Assembly: GCF_026210795.1 (NCBI RefSeq)
Contig: NC_089430.1
Span: 5,270,001-5,334,000 of the forward strand
Length of the DNA: 64,000 nt
Source: Rhizophagus irregularis
Taxonomy: Eukaryota
Direction of reading: 5' to 3'
In this document: one piece after another, positions 37,307-51,000 of the stretch
Layout of the letters: every line of letters starts with the position of its first letter
Numbering within the stretch: position 1 is the stretch's first letter
The notes under the pieces: generated by a model
What the model was told of the DNA's origin: nothing
Databases searched by the model: none
The model's input: only the letters and a program-made list of their open reading frames with translations
Program-made: the position numbers and the translations under genes

Positions 37307-40300
37307 TGTGATTTAACTTGCGGAATACTTGCTACTACTAATAATCTCATATTTCTTAACACCTCGCTTAAAATTACATGTAACGAGAATAATCACCTTG
37401 GTTTGCTAAAAGGGCTTAAGACTTTATATGATTCTTGTAACGAATCATATTAGGAAAGTAAGGCCAATAAATTTCCATTTTATAGAAAGTATCATCGAAA
37501 TGATTCTCTTTGAGCTTTAAGATTCAGTTACTCTTCCAAAAATTTGATAATAATTTTTATATATGTTTTTGACTAAATAAATCTTTCGATATGTAAGTTC
37601 TGAGAGGATGAAAATGAAATTTTACAAAAAAAAAAAGAAAGAAAGAAACCAAGAAAAAGTTCTGTCGCACAAACCTGTCGTTAAAAGTTCAGTCACGTGA
37701 TTTTAAAGATTTGTCGTTGGTAGTACGAAAAAAATTCAATGATTCAGAAACTATGATTCTTTCAAATTATTTTTAATTTTCAGGATCATGAATTTATTCT
37801 ACTATATCCTGCTTTGAATATGATAAAAAATACGTTAAGAATTTTTTATACTATAAGTGAAACGAGTTGGAAGAATAAGAAAAATGAAGTGAATTTGGTA
37901 CATTCAAGAAAACATTATTTTGAATGTTATAATTTAAGCTTGAGGCAAAGGAATAAATAAAATTACATGTTTTTTTCTACTATCAAGTTTCATATCTATA
38001 TATTTAAAATTTTATTATAAATAATTAAAAAATTTGATTTGTTTACTTTGTATTAATTCAACAGAAAAGTCCTATGGAAAAAGAGTATATTCATTAACTT
38101 GAAAAATTAATTAAATCAGAACAATCAATACTGTTGCGGTATCACAGTAAGCGTTTTAACTTTTATTGCTAATATTTTTTTTTTTAAAAAAAATTCTTTT
38201 TACTTCTAGAATCTTCATAATTTTTTATTAATTTTTACTCATAATTTTTTTGGAAAATCGAGAATCACTTAACCGAAAAAATTTACTAAAGAAAAAATTG
38301 AGAAAAATGTTTAAAATAAATAAAGAGTCAAAAATAGAGACATATTGTGTATTGTACATGCATGAAAAGAGTTTAGTGATGTATATTTTTTAATGAAACT
38401 AACTGTTTATAAAAATAAATATTTTTAAAATATTGGTATGAACTTTTGAAAATTAAATAGATTAAACGTGGGAACAGATGAACCTTTTACAGATTGAGGG
38501 AGAGATTTTTTATATTTTTCTTTATATTTTTTTTTTATTATTTAGATTGGTATTAATTCACTATTTAATTTTGACATTATTAATTTTTTTAGGAATGAAA
38601 CGAGTGAAGAGAATATTAAAAATATGACTTTTTTTTTAATTACTAAATGCAGAATGAAATATAGTAAGTAATAAATTTATTTACATTTTGTTCTGTAGAA
38701 AAATTTCTAAGAAAAATTGGAATAAAAAATATTTTAATGCATGATCAGAACCTTTAGGTATAAGGCTGATTAAATGTTAAATCAGATATAATTAACTCGA
38801 TGATTTGTTTCATTTAAAATTATTAAATCTGGATAACCAAAGGAAATCCTAAAATTTTGTCTACTTTTTGGTATTAATGGTATCATGATATTGTTTTTTT
38901 CTTATAAATTTTTAGCTAAGACTTGTCAGGTATTAATACGAATTTATCTTAAATCACAATATATGTCATATAATTATTAAGTCAATTTCCTTTAAATATA
39001 CATATATATATTAGTAAATAGATAGATAGGTAGAGTATTAAACTGTATTTATTGCTAATTAGAATAATTTATTTATTATTACTAGCTGATCTCAAAAAAT
39101 ATTTATTTAAATCTAATTATATCTAATAATTAAAATAATTTTTAAAATAAATAAAGTTCGATTTATTTTTCTTTTGTTAAATCTTATTTTTTTTTTGTAT
39201 GAAAGTATCTCTATATTTATATGAATATTAATTCTATTAGGAGAACAGTAGAAAAATCGTGGAATATATCTATATCTTAAAATACGATCTATTATAATAA
39301 TAAAAGTTTATATTTTTTTAAAAAAATTTAAATTTTGAATTAAAGTAAAAAGTCGTATGATGTTTAGTCCATGTATTTATACTTTTTTTTCAAAAAAAGG
39401 TTCGAAAGAAAATATGCATATTATGAATATTTTTATAAAAATTAAATTTCTTAAAAAAATTAATGATTCGTATATTATTAATCAAATTTTCGTTTTGAAA
39501 TATCATATTTGATATTTTGTAATGACCATATCATTCGATTCCTTATTGACAAGGTAATAAATAATAAATTAAGGTTGAAATTTATTAATGTGACCTGATC
39601 AATGATTATCATAACGCCGTTGAAAATAAAATAAATTTGAAAGTTTTAAAGACCGATACTACAAATGGTCAAAAGACCGGTCTGGTCCGATTCCATCCCT
39701 ACCTTTTCATCAAAGATTCAAAAATAACAAAAATTTTTCCATCTGATATCATTTTCCTTTAATTTGGCAAGATATTTATGGAGTATTGATACATCGTTAC
39801 TTATGCATATTGATTAATATTATTCTTGATAAATTAATATATCAATCTATTTGAAATGATCTTTTGATTTTTTTGAATTGTTTATTTTATTTGTTTGCAG
39901 TTCAGTTAATGGTTTTCTATACTTTGCCGACATTTTGATAAATATTTCGATATTCTTACGTTCGGAATGATTTAAGTGTGTTTTCCCCGAGTACTACAAA
40001 ATTCCATAAAGCAAGTTATTCAATATAACGTTGTTGTTGCTCATCAGGACATGTAGAACTTGTCATCTTTCAATGATCTTGCAATACGCATGTTTTTTAT
40101 ATTTAACGACTTTATTTGAGTGCTTTTATTGAAGTAATAATATTAAATTTTTTAAAATTAATACAGTAATCATATAAATTTCAACTTATTATCTAAACGA
40201 ATGAAAAGAAATCGAAAAAATTTAATTAGAAATACAAAAAAAAAAGAATGGTTAATTAATAGAATGATGCCAATTTATAGAATACTGATGAAGCGGAATG

Positions 40301-41167
40301 CTATTTCTAAAAAAAAAAAATGAAATTATTTACCATAAGAGAAGTGAAAAGCCGTACCCGAATTACAGGAGAAGTAGAGAGTCGTACTGAAAAAACTAAA
40401 AAAAAAAAGGATGTGAAATCAGCAACAAAATAAATGACAAGAAAAAGCATTGTCCTCATATCATCATATTTCTATATTAACGTGTCATTTGCATCAAATA
40501 CCTAGTTTATAATTAAAAGGTTCACAACTAAAATTACTTAATATCTATCGACTACGTATTGTAAATCTAATAATGATGATCTCAAAAAACCTGCAAGGTA
40601 TTAAAAAAATTATGAATCTGTCTAGTGGTTTCCATTTTAGACGATATTTATCACGTATTTTTGAGAGTAATAATATTTAAATAAAATGTTACACAATCGT
40701 GCTTTCAGAAAATTTTTGTAATTCATGTACTAACTTAACTTAACAGTTAATATGGTTGAAATATTACGTCTATATAACTAAAAAAATTTAGTGATGTTTA
40801 TAAATAATTTGAAATTTTGAATCGTGTAACATAAAACGCGTGATGTGTCAGAAGAGGTAAAATAATTATAAATTTTTGAAAACTAAAAAGTTTTTGTACG
40901 GATATATGATGTGATGTATATATCTTCGGCTATTCCTATCCTTTTGAGATGATGCAATCAGCCGCAGCAGATCGCATTGCTGTGTTTGCCTTTTTTTTAT
41001 TTGTTTTTTTTCAAATGCCTTTTTTTACCGGTTTTTAATGATTATTTAAATATTTTTCAAACCGAAAAAAAATATTTTTATTTTTTATTTCCAATTTTTT
41101 ATTTAAATATTGCAGTATTCGAATAATGTGATTTAGCATTATAATAAAAAAAACAAGAAAATTTTAA

Positions 41168-41406
41168 GAAAATTTGGGATTACTTAAATTTTATTGCATT
41201 TTCAGATTGAGAAGATGCGATTATAAACTAAAAATTTTTGATTTTTAAACAAGCTTATAAGTAACTTTTAAACAGCAATGTTATACAAAAATTTAAAGTT
41301 GCTTGGAAGTGAACTTACTTAAAAATTGTGATTTGCAGATTAGAATTAAAAATCGCATCTTATCAATCTGAAAATACAATAAAATTCAAGTAATCCCAAA
41401 TTTCTC
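41168..41406. repeat. About 240-bp imperfect palindrome (MITE-like)
   Basis: AAATTTGGGATTACTT...AAGATGCGAT / ATCGCATCTT...AAGTAATCCCAAATTT. Confidence 0.75.
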
Positions 41407-41622
41407 AAAAAAAATTTTAGTTAGATCTTTTTTAATTCTTTTTTATTTTCAGTTTTTTATTTCAACATCAAAAAATAAATTTTTTTAATTTTAAGTCATT
41501 TTTTTATTTTGGTTTTAGTTCGATACATTTATTTTTTATTATTTTCTTGGTTCAAATCAACGAATAAATCTTTTTTAGTTGGTTAATTTTATGATTTTTT
41601 TTTTATTTTTCGGGTTTTTCAT

Positions 41623-41760
41623 TAGTGTTACTAAATATCACCGGTAGTGAATTTATTATGTAATGCCGGCCAGTAATTTATTAGATTTTTAATTCTGCCC
41701 AAAAGTAAATCATAATGCTGGTATGGTGACCATCATTACCGGTGAGCTTTAGTGATACCC
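41623..41760. mobile_element. Short TIR element related to the ends of 54468-55624
   Basis: TACTAAATATCACCGGTAGTGA / TCATTACCGGTGAGCTTTAGTGATACCC. Confidence 0.5.
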
Positions 41761-42094
41761 TTTTTATTATCATTCGTTCTTGATTTTGTGATTTTTTCTT
41801 ATTGTTAAATGACTTTTTTTTACTATTATTATACATTTGTTGAATTTTTATTTATTAATTCGTGATCCGTCTCCGAACCAGTGAAAACTACTAATAAATT
41901 TCAGGGAACTGGTTTTACAAATTAATTATAACTTAAATGGCTTTTGAGCTGATTCGCCCAGAATTTTTATTTTTTTAAGTGTTATATAATAATGTTCTGG
42001 GTATATTGAATGATAAATTTGCATCATCAAATATTAATATCACAAGTTTGATCAATATATACTTGCCATTTAAGGCTACGTTGTTATACAAATT

Positions 42095-42484
42095 TATGGA
42101 AAGCCATCCTTGACAAAAGGTTGATGTCCAGACATCATGTTGGATAATGTCTAGACATCATGTTTGATATATGTAGAATAATGTTTGTACACCATTCAAC
42201 ATGATGCTCAAGCATCAACCGACATGATGTCTTAGACATGTTACCAAATATAGTAAATTTTATTTTGTGTAACTCATAAATATACTATATTTGGTAATTT
42301 GATCAGCATGATGTCTAGACATCATGTCGTGATGTCGGTTGATGTCTTTCACATCATGTTAAATAATGTACAAACATCATCCTACATATATCAAACATGA
42401 TGTCTAGACATACCATCATGATGTCTAAATATTATATTTCATGATGTTTGGACATCAACCTTTTGTCAAGGACGGCTTTCCATA
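42095..42484. mobile_element. 390-bp palindromic MITE
   Basis: TATGGAAAGCCATCCTTGACAAAAGGTTGATGTCCA and its reverse complement; GACATCATG repeats; CAAATT on both sides; superfamily unclear. Confidence 0.85.
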
Positions 42485-45021
42485 CAAATTGGCGATATTG
42501 CCTAAAAAGTAACCAGCCAAATTTGTATTACAACCCGGCTGAAAAATAGTGTAACCAATTGCTTAAAACCGAGGGAATCAGGATCCATTAAAAATTTTTA
42601 CATTGAACGATTAGTTAAAAAACTTTTTCTTTAGCGACGCTGGATTCCGGCCTTTAAAAATGCCATAATTATTCAATACAAGAGGTGTGACAATCACAAA
42701 ATTGATATTTTTTTATTAAAATGTTATTTATTTGCTGGTAAATAATTTATTTAAAGGTTATAAATAAGAAAAAACAAAAAAAAAAGTATTAAAATTATTT
42801 ATTTCTATTAAACACAGGTCATACTATATTTTGCTTATATTGAGTGGTGTATCTAGTAATTTTGCAGTTCTTCTAAACTACTTTTCTCTAATAATTTGTA
42901 AGTTCATTTCACATTTCCTGCGTGCTATATCTATTGCTCTTATCTGAATTTCCCACTAAATTAATTTGCAAAATAATTCCCCAAAATGTATTAGTAGATT
43001 TCACTGGTTTGGAGACGGATCACGAATTAATTATTATCGATGATAATGCCAATAAAAAAGACTTTTTTTCTTTTTTTTTTTTTGTTGTTATTTTTTTTTA
43101 TTTGTTCATTCTTTATTGTAATTTTTTTTGGTTGTCTCCATCATCTAACATAAGTTATAGTAGTAAAATTCTTTTAATGAATAAAATAGAATATTTGAAA
43201 ATATTGATTATAAATCATAAATTAGAATGAAATTAATGTGGCCACCATACTTCTTTCGTATATTAATATATTACGCATCAATATTTCTATAAATATAATA
43301 AGTTTTTTGTCAATGCTATAGTCCAAATGACCTCTTTTCAGGAAATATTTGAAGTTAAGGTGCCTGGACAAACATAAAAAAGTTTATGTAAAGTAAAACA
43401 AGCCTTAAAAGGAAAAGGCTATAGATATTAATTTTTTAATCCTGTTGCAATACAACAGGCTACAGCTAGTTATTTTTAAATAAGGTAGAATCAAAATTGG
43501 ACATTGACTTTTCGAAATTGAATGTTTATGACGTGCATTTGTTTTTTATAAGGTTATAATATAGTTTAAAATATACTTACTATTACTTAATTCAGTTGGT
43601 TTTAACAAAAAATATCAACTTTAAAAAAAAATTATGATATTAAATAACGAAATAATATTAATTTATATTTTTTTTATTTCATCAATACTTTTTTTGGATA
43701 CATTTTCGTCAAGAGCGTAGATCTAGAAATTTTTTCTTAATGTTTTAATTATATTTTATTTTTATTTTATTTTTTTCTCTTTTAAATTACAAGATATTAA
43801 TGATTTAGATTTTTAGCGTAGTCGATGCCTTTCGCGTTTTAGAAAATTTTAGAAATTACAAAAAGATGGGATAATATTGAAAAATAAAAAAACTTTAAAA
43901 CATTTTAGATTAGTAATGCTTTTACACACAGGATAGATTTCGAAAATAAATTTTATTTTTAGATTTATCATAGTTTTAGTATAGATCGGTTAGTTATACT
44001 AGAGGGTAATATATTTTTATATTATTTTCTAGGTGTTTGTATAATTATTATGTAATTATTCATATATACATGACTAATAAACGCGTTACTAATTTTTTTT
44101 TAAAAAAAAAAAAATATCCGATATAGTGAAAAATTTAATTTCATCGTTCCTAAAAATGTAAAATACGATGGAAAAGATCAAGATGGTGACTGGATCTCAT
44201 GGAAAAGAGGTAATTATATATCAACCTCGATATAGTTTTTGATTAAAAGAATTCAATATAATTATTTAAATTCGCAATCATTAATTCCAGATGATGCTGA
44301 TGATGTTGATTTTAATAAGATCTTAAAAAGCATGATGAAAATAATCAAACATACTTAACTTCCGAGGAGTTATCACCGACCATGTGGTAACGAAATTTAT
44401 TTTTTTTAAAAAAATGGATTACTCATCTTTAACAAATTTAAAAAAAAAAATTCTCTATAATTAGCTGGAAATATTAACGGTAGATATTTATTTAGTTGCA
44501 ATCATGCACCTAAAATTTGTATACACTTTTCTTTATATTGCCTGATAGTAAATCTTATAAAATTTGAAAATTTTATCCTACCATTATTTATGCATAAATT
44601 TGCTATAAAATAATTTCAAATTGCACCAAATAGATACATTAAATAAAATAAGATATTTCAATTTTTAGGATCCTTTCACGTTCTGTATTTTCTTAATTTC
44701 AATACCAATTTTATTTAACCAATAATAAAAATAAATAAATATATAATTTAAAACCCTATTTAACGTAATTCTTAATAATTTATAAAAAAAAAAATTGCCC
44801 CTCTATTAGTGAAGAAAAGCAAAAAAAAAAAAAATACTCTATTTCAACGTTAATATTTTTAAAAAAAACCGGACGTTAAACAGAGTTTTAAATAAATTGT
44901 AATAATTTAAATAAAAAAAAGGTTTCAAAAAAAAAACAAAATAGTTTTATCTATATACACTACAACACATAGTATTTATAATATTTGTGATTAGCAACTA
45001 AACTAGTTTAGGATCTTTGTT

Positions 45022-48000
45022 CTAACTTTTTCTGTTCGATATTTTGAACCTTAAAAAAATAAAATAATATATTGAATACGAATAATATAAAATTTACATC
45101 TCAATATTCAATTGAGATATATCAATTTGTAAAGATTCTATTTAATAAAAGTTTTATTAGTAACTTTAAAACTGATTTACATTTTTAAAATAACAAAATA
45201 TTAATAATAATACCTGAAGATTCATTGCTTATTATATTAATATTATCATATTGTTCATCAGAATTTTTTATTTTGGGCCTACAAAAAAAAAATAGTATAT
45301 TAAATATAAATGATATTATTAATCAATAATCATATAAGTTAAAAAACTTACATTTTATTATTATTCAATTGAGAAATATCAATCTGTAAAGATTCTATTT
45401 AATAACAAGATTTATTAGTATCTTTAAAACTGATTTGCATTTTTAAAATAACAAAATTTTTATTATTAATAATACCTGAAGATTCCTTGTTTATTATATT
45501 ATCATATTGTTCATCAGAATTTTTTATTTTGGACCTACAAAAAAAAAATAGTATATTAAATATAAATAATATTATTATTAATCATTAATCAAATAAATTA
45601 AAAAACTTACATTTTATTATTATTTAATTGAGATAGTATATTAATTTGTAAAGTTTCTATTTAATAAAAGGATTTATTAGTATCTTTAAAAAACTAGTAA
45701 TTTACATTTTAAATAACAAAATTATTAAATGATACCTGAAAATTTCTTGCTAATTATATTATCATTTTGTTCATAATAATCGTCAGAATTTTTTTGTTCT
45801 GGAAGATTATTAAAATCAAGTAATCTACTTGCATAAGTGGCTTCTGAATGTGTATTATATGATATTCCTAAGTTATTTGAAGTTATATCGCTATTTGACG
45901 AATTATTGTTTATTTCATCTGCTTCCTTAATTTGTGCTTGTAATTCTATTGTTTGTTTATCATTTGGTTCATATTGCCATTTAAGTAAAATTTTGTATAT
46001 GTCTTCTGCTGTTGGTCGATTTAGCGGATTGGAATCCAAGCACTTTTTAATTAAGTGCACAATTAATTGTGGTACTTTAATGTTAAACATTGGTCTAAGT
46101 CCTTTGCAAACTTTTATTGCTAAATTATTATCATGATTTAAATCATGATATGGGGGTAATCCAGAAATTACTTCATACATTATTATACCAAAACTATAAA
46201 TATCGGCAGCTGTTGTATAATTTTGTCCTCTTAAAATTTCAGGAGCTATATAAGGTAAAACGCCATATGTCTTATTTTTCGTATTTTCTGATGTATAACA
46301 ATCTGCAGGTTTACATAATCCCATATCAGTTATAGTAGTTTTATTTTTAAACTTTAAAATATTTCCAATATGTAAATCTCGATGGATTAATTCCTTTTCA
46401 TGAATACATTTAAGTCCAATAATAGTATAATGTAAATATTTAAACATTTCAATCCAATTAAGCTTATTATATTCTTTATCTAAATAATTTCGTAAACTTC
46501 CATCTTCTGCATATTCTAAGACCATTATATAATTTTTCGTTTTTGGATCCTGAGTTATTCCATAGAATCTGACAATTGCATTATTATCCATTTTCACTTT
46601 ATTATGCAGCATGATCTATGATGTAAATGTAAAAATAAAAATATATTAGTAAAACCGACAATCTAGGTATTATGATCAAAATTATCAAACTAAATTAATC
46701 AAATTATACCTCATTCATAAATGCTAATGTAACATTTTTTGAATTGTCTAAACTTTTCAGAGCTACAAACATAGTATCTTTATTATATCTTTTCCAATTT
46801 TGGTTACTATCATCCCAATCAATTAGATAACCATCAATCCAATTTGCTCTATACACTTTACCAAACCCACCTTTTGCAATATATATAATATCATAAAATC
46901 TATCATAAGGTATCCATTCTAAAGCATTTGTAAATAGTTCAATGTTATTATGTACTGATAACTGACTGTCTTGAATAAATATATCAATATTATTATTATC
47001 ACTGGTCCAATTTTCAAAATTTTGTTGAAAATGCATTGCATGACATGCATAATTACATTTTTTACATATAGTATTATTCAAAACCATCATATAACTTTTT
47101 GTTTCTGGATCTTGAGTTATTCCAAAAGGTATATTGATCTACAAATACAAATATATTAGTAGAAATTAAAAATTTCAAAATTTTATTAGTATTTTTTATT
47201 ATACCTCATCAATAAGTTTTATTCTAATATTCTTTAAATTATTTAAACTTTTTAGAATTACTACTCTACTTCCATATCTTATCCACTTTTCATTTTTATT
47301 ATCCCAACTCTCTATTTCTCCACCAATCCAATTTGCTCTATACATTTTACTAAATTCATCAGCATCTGCAATATATTTAATATTATATAATCTACTATAA
47401 GGTATCCATTCTAACACTTCTTTCAAATCATTATGAGCTGATAACTGAGTATCTTGAATAAATTTATCAATATCATTATTACCACTAGTCCAATCCATAA
47501 ATTTATGTTGGAAGTGCATTGTATTACATATACTATTACACTTTTTACAATTATAATTCCAAACCATAATATAATTTCTTGTTTCTGGATCTTGAGTTAT
47601 TTCAAAAGGTACATTGATCTACAAATACAAATATATTAGTGGAAATTAAGAACTTCAAAATTTTATTGACATTTAATTTATTATACCTCATTTGTGAATT
47701 TTATTGTAATATTTTTTGAATTGCATAAACTTTTCAGAATTATATCCTCACTTCTATATCTTATCCAATTATGATTTGTATTATTCAATTTGTATATTTC
47801 TCCATCAATCCAATTTGCTTTATACACTTTGACAAACTTATTTTTTGAAATATCACTATCATAAGGTATCTGTTCTAATGTATATTTTTTTACTAAGCAA
47901 TAAGTATGTTCTGACAGCTCGGTATCTTGAATAAATTTATCATTATCACTAGTACAATTTTCAAAATTTTGTTGAAAATCCATTGGATTGCATATTGCAT

Positions 48001-51000
48001 TACACTTTTTACATTTATTATTCAAAACTATCATATAATTTTTTGTTTCTGAATCTTGAGTTATTCCATAAAATTCATAATCTATTTTAATCTACAAATG
48101 TAATAATACTTAGTAAAAATTAAAATATTCAAATTATGCTAAATAATTTTACCATACCTTATTTGTAAATTTTATTGGAATATTTTTTGAATTATTTAAA
48201 CTTTTCAAATTCACAAACATATTACAACCTTCTCTTTTCCAATTTTGATATTTATTATCCCAATCACTTATATTTCCATCAATCCAATTTGCTCTATACA
48301 CTTTGCCAAATTCATCTTCTGCAATATATTTAATATTATAAAAACTATCATAAGGTATCCATTCTAATACTTCTTTTAAATCTTTATGAGATGATAACTG
48401 AGTATCTTGAATAAGTTTATCAATATCATTATTACCACTAGTCCAATCTATGAATTTATGTTGAAAGTGAATTGCATTACACATCTTATTACATTCTTTA
48501 CATTTATTATTCAAAATCATTAAATAGTTTTTTGTTTCTGGATCTTGAGTTATTCCATAAAATTCATATTCTATTTCAGTCTATAAATGTAATAACACTT
48601 AGTAGAAATTAAAATATTCAAAATTTTGCTAAATAGATTTATCATACCTTGTTTGTAAATTCTATTGTAATATTTTTTGAATTATTTAAACTCTTCAAAT
48701 TCACAAACATATTACAACATTCTTTTTTCCAATTTTGACTTTTGCTATCCCAATTAGTTATATATCCATCAATCCAATTTGCTCTATACACTTTGCCAAA
48801 TTCATCTTCTGCAATATATTTAATATTATATAATCTATCATAAGGTATCCATTCTAATACTTCTTTTAAATCTTTATGAGATGATAACTGAGTATCTTGA
48901 ATAAATTTATCAATATCATTATTACCACTAGTCCAATCTATGAATTTATATTGAAAGTGTATTGTATTACATATACTACTGCACTTTTTACATTTATAAT
49001 TCAAAACTATCATATAATTATCTGTTTTTGGATCTTGAGTTATTCCAAAAGGTATATTGACCTACAAATATAATTATATTAGTAGAAATTAAAAACTTTA
49101 AAACTTTATTGATATTAAATTTATATACCTCATTTGTAAATTCTATTGCAATGTTTTTTAAATTATTTAAACTCTTCAGAATTACATTCCCACTTCTATT
49201 TCTTTTCCAATTTTGATTTACACTATTCCAATATTCTATTTTTCCATCAATCCAATTTGCTTTATATACTTTACCAAACTTATTTTTCGAAAAATCATCC
49301 AGTCTATCATAAGGTATCCATTCTAATGCTTTTGTTGCATCATGAGCTGATAACTGAGTATCTTGAATAAATTTATCAATATCATTATTACCACTAGTCC
49401 AATCTATGAATTTATGTTGAAAGTGAATTGCATTACATATCTTATTACATTCTTTACATTTATTATTCAAAATCATTAAATAATTTTTTGTTTCTGGATC
49501 TTGAGTTATTCCATAAAATTCATATTCTATTTTAATCTGTAAATGTAATAATACTTAGTAAAAATCAAAATATTCAAATTTTGATAAATAATTTTACCAT
49601 ACCTTATTTGTAAATTTTGTTGTAACATTTTTTGAATTATTTAAACTTTTCAAATTCACAAACATATTACAATCTTCTCTTTTCCAATTTTGATATTTAT
49701 TTTTCCAACCACTTATATTTCCATCAATCCAATTTGCTCTATATATTCCAGATTCTTCAATATATTTAATATCATATAATCTATTATAAGGAATCCATTC
49801 TAATGCTTTTTTTGTACTATCATCATGAGCTGATAGCTGAGAATCCTGAATAAATTTATCAATATCATTATTACCACTGGTCCAATCTAAGAATTTATGT
49901 TGAAAGTGAATTGCATTACACATCTTATTACATTCTTTACATTTGTTATTCAAAATTATTAAATAGTTTTTTGTTTCTGGATCTTGAGTTATTCCATAAA
50001 ATTCATAATCTATTTTAATCTATAAATGTAATAATACTTAGTAAAAATTAAAATATTTAAATTTTGCTAAATAAGTTTACTATACCTTATTTTTAAATTT
50101 TATTGTAACATTTTTTGAATTATTTAAATTCTTCAAATTTACAAACATATTATAACCTTCTCTTTCCCAATTTTGATTATGGCTAACCCAATTAGTTATA
50201 TATCCATCAATCCAATTTGCTCTATACACTTTGCCAAATTCATCTTCTGCAATATATTTAATATTATATAATCTATCATAAGGTATCCATTCTAATACTT
50301 CTTTTAAATCTTTATCATGAGATGATAACTGAGTAACTCGAATAAGTTTATCAATACCATTATTACCACTAGTCCAATCTATGAATTTATGTTGAAAGTG
50401 AATTGCATTACACATCTTATTACATTCTTTACATTTGTTATTCAAAACTATTAAATAGTTTTTTGTTTCTGGATCTTGAGTTATTCCATATAATTTATAA
50501 TCTATTTTAATCTATAAATGTAATAATACTTAGTGAAAATTAAAATATTTAAATTTTGCTAAATAAGTTTACTGTACCTTATTTGTAAATTTTATTGTAA
50601 TATTTTTTGAATTAAAACTCTTCAAATTTACAAACATATTATAACCTTCTCTTTCCCAATTTTGATTATGGCTAACCCAATTAGTTATATATCCATCAAT
50701 CCAATTTGCTCTATACACTTTGCCAAATTTATCTTCTGCAATATATTTAATATTATATAATCTATCATAAGGTATCCATTCTAATACTTCTTTTAAATCT
50801 TTATAATGAAATGATAACTGAGTATCTCGAATAAGTTTATCAATACCATTATTACCACTAGTCCAATCTATGAATTTATGTCGAAAGTGAATTGCATTAC
50901 ACATCTTATTACATTCTTTACATTTATTATTCAAAACTATTAAATAGTTTTTTGTTTCTGGATCTTGAGTTATTCCATATAATTTATAATCTATTTTAAT

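Noticed and set aside
39930..43480. Possible decayed coding remnants near 39930-40090 and 43320-43480
   Set aside because: No recognisable motif or open frame without a database search
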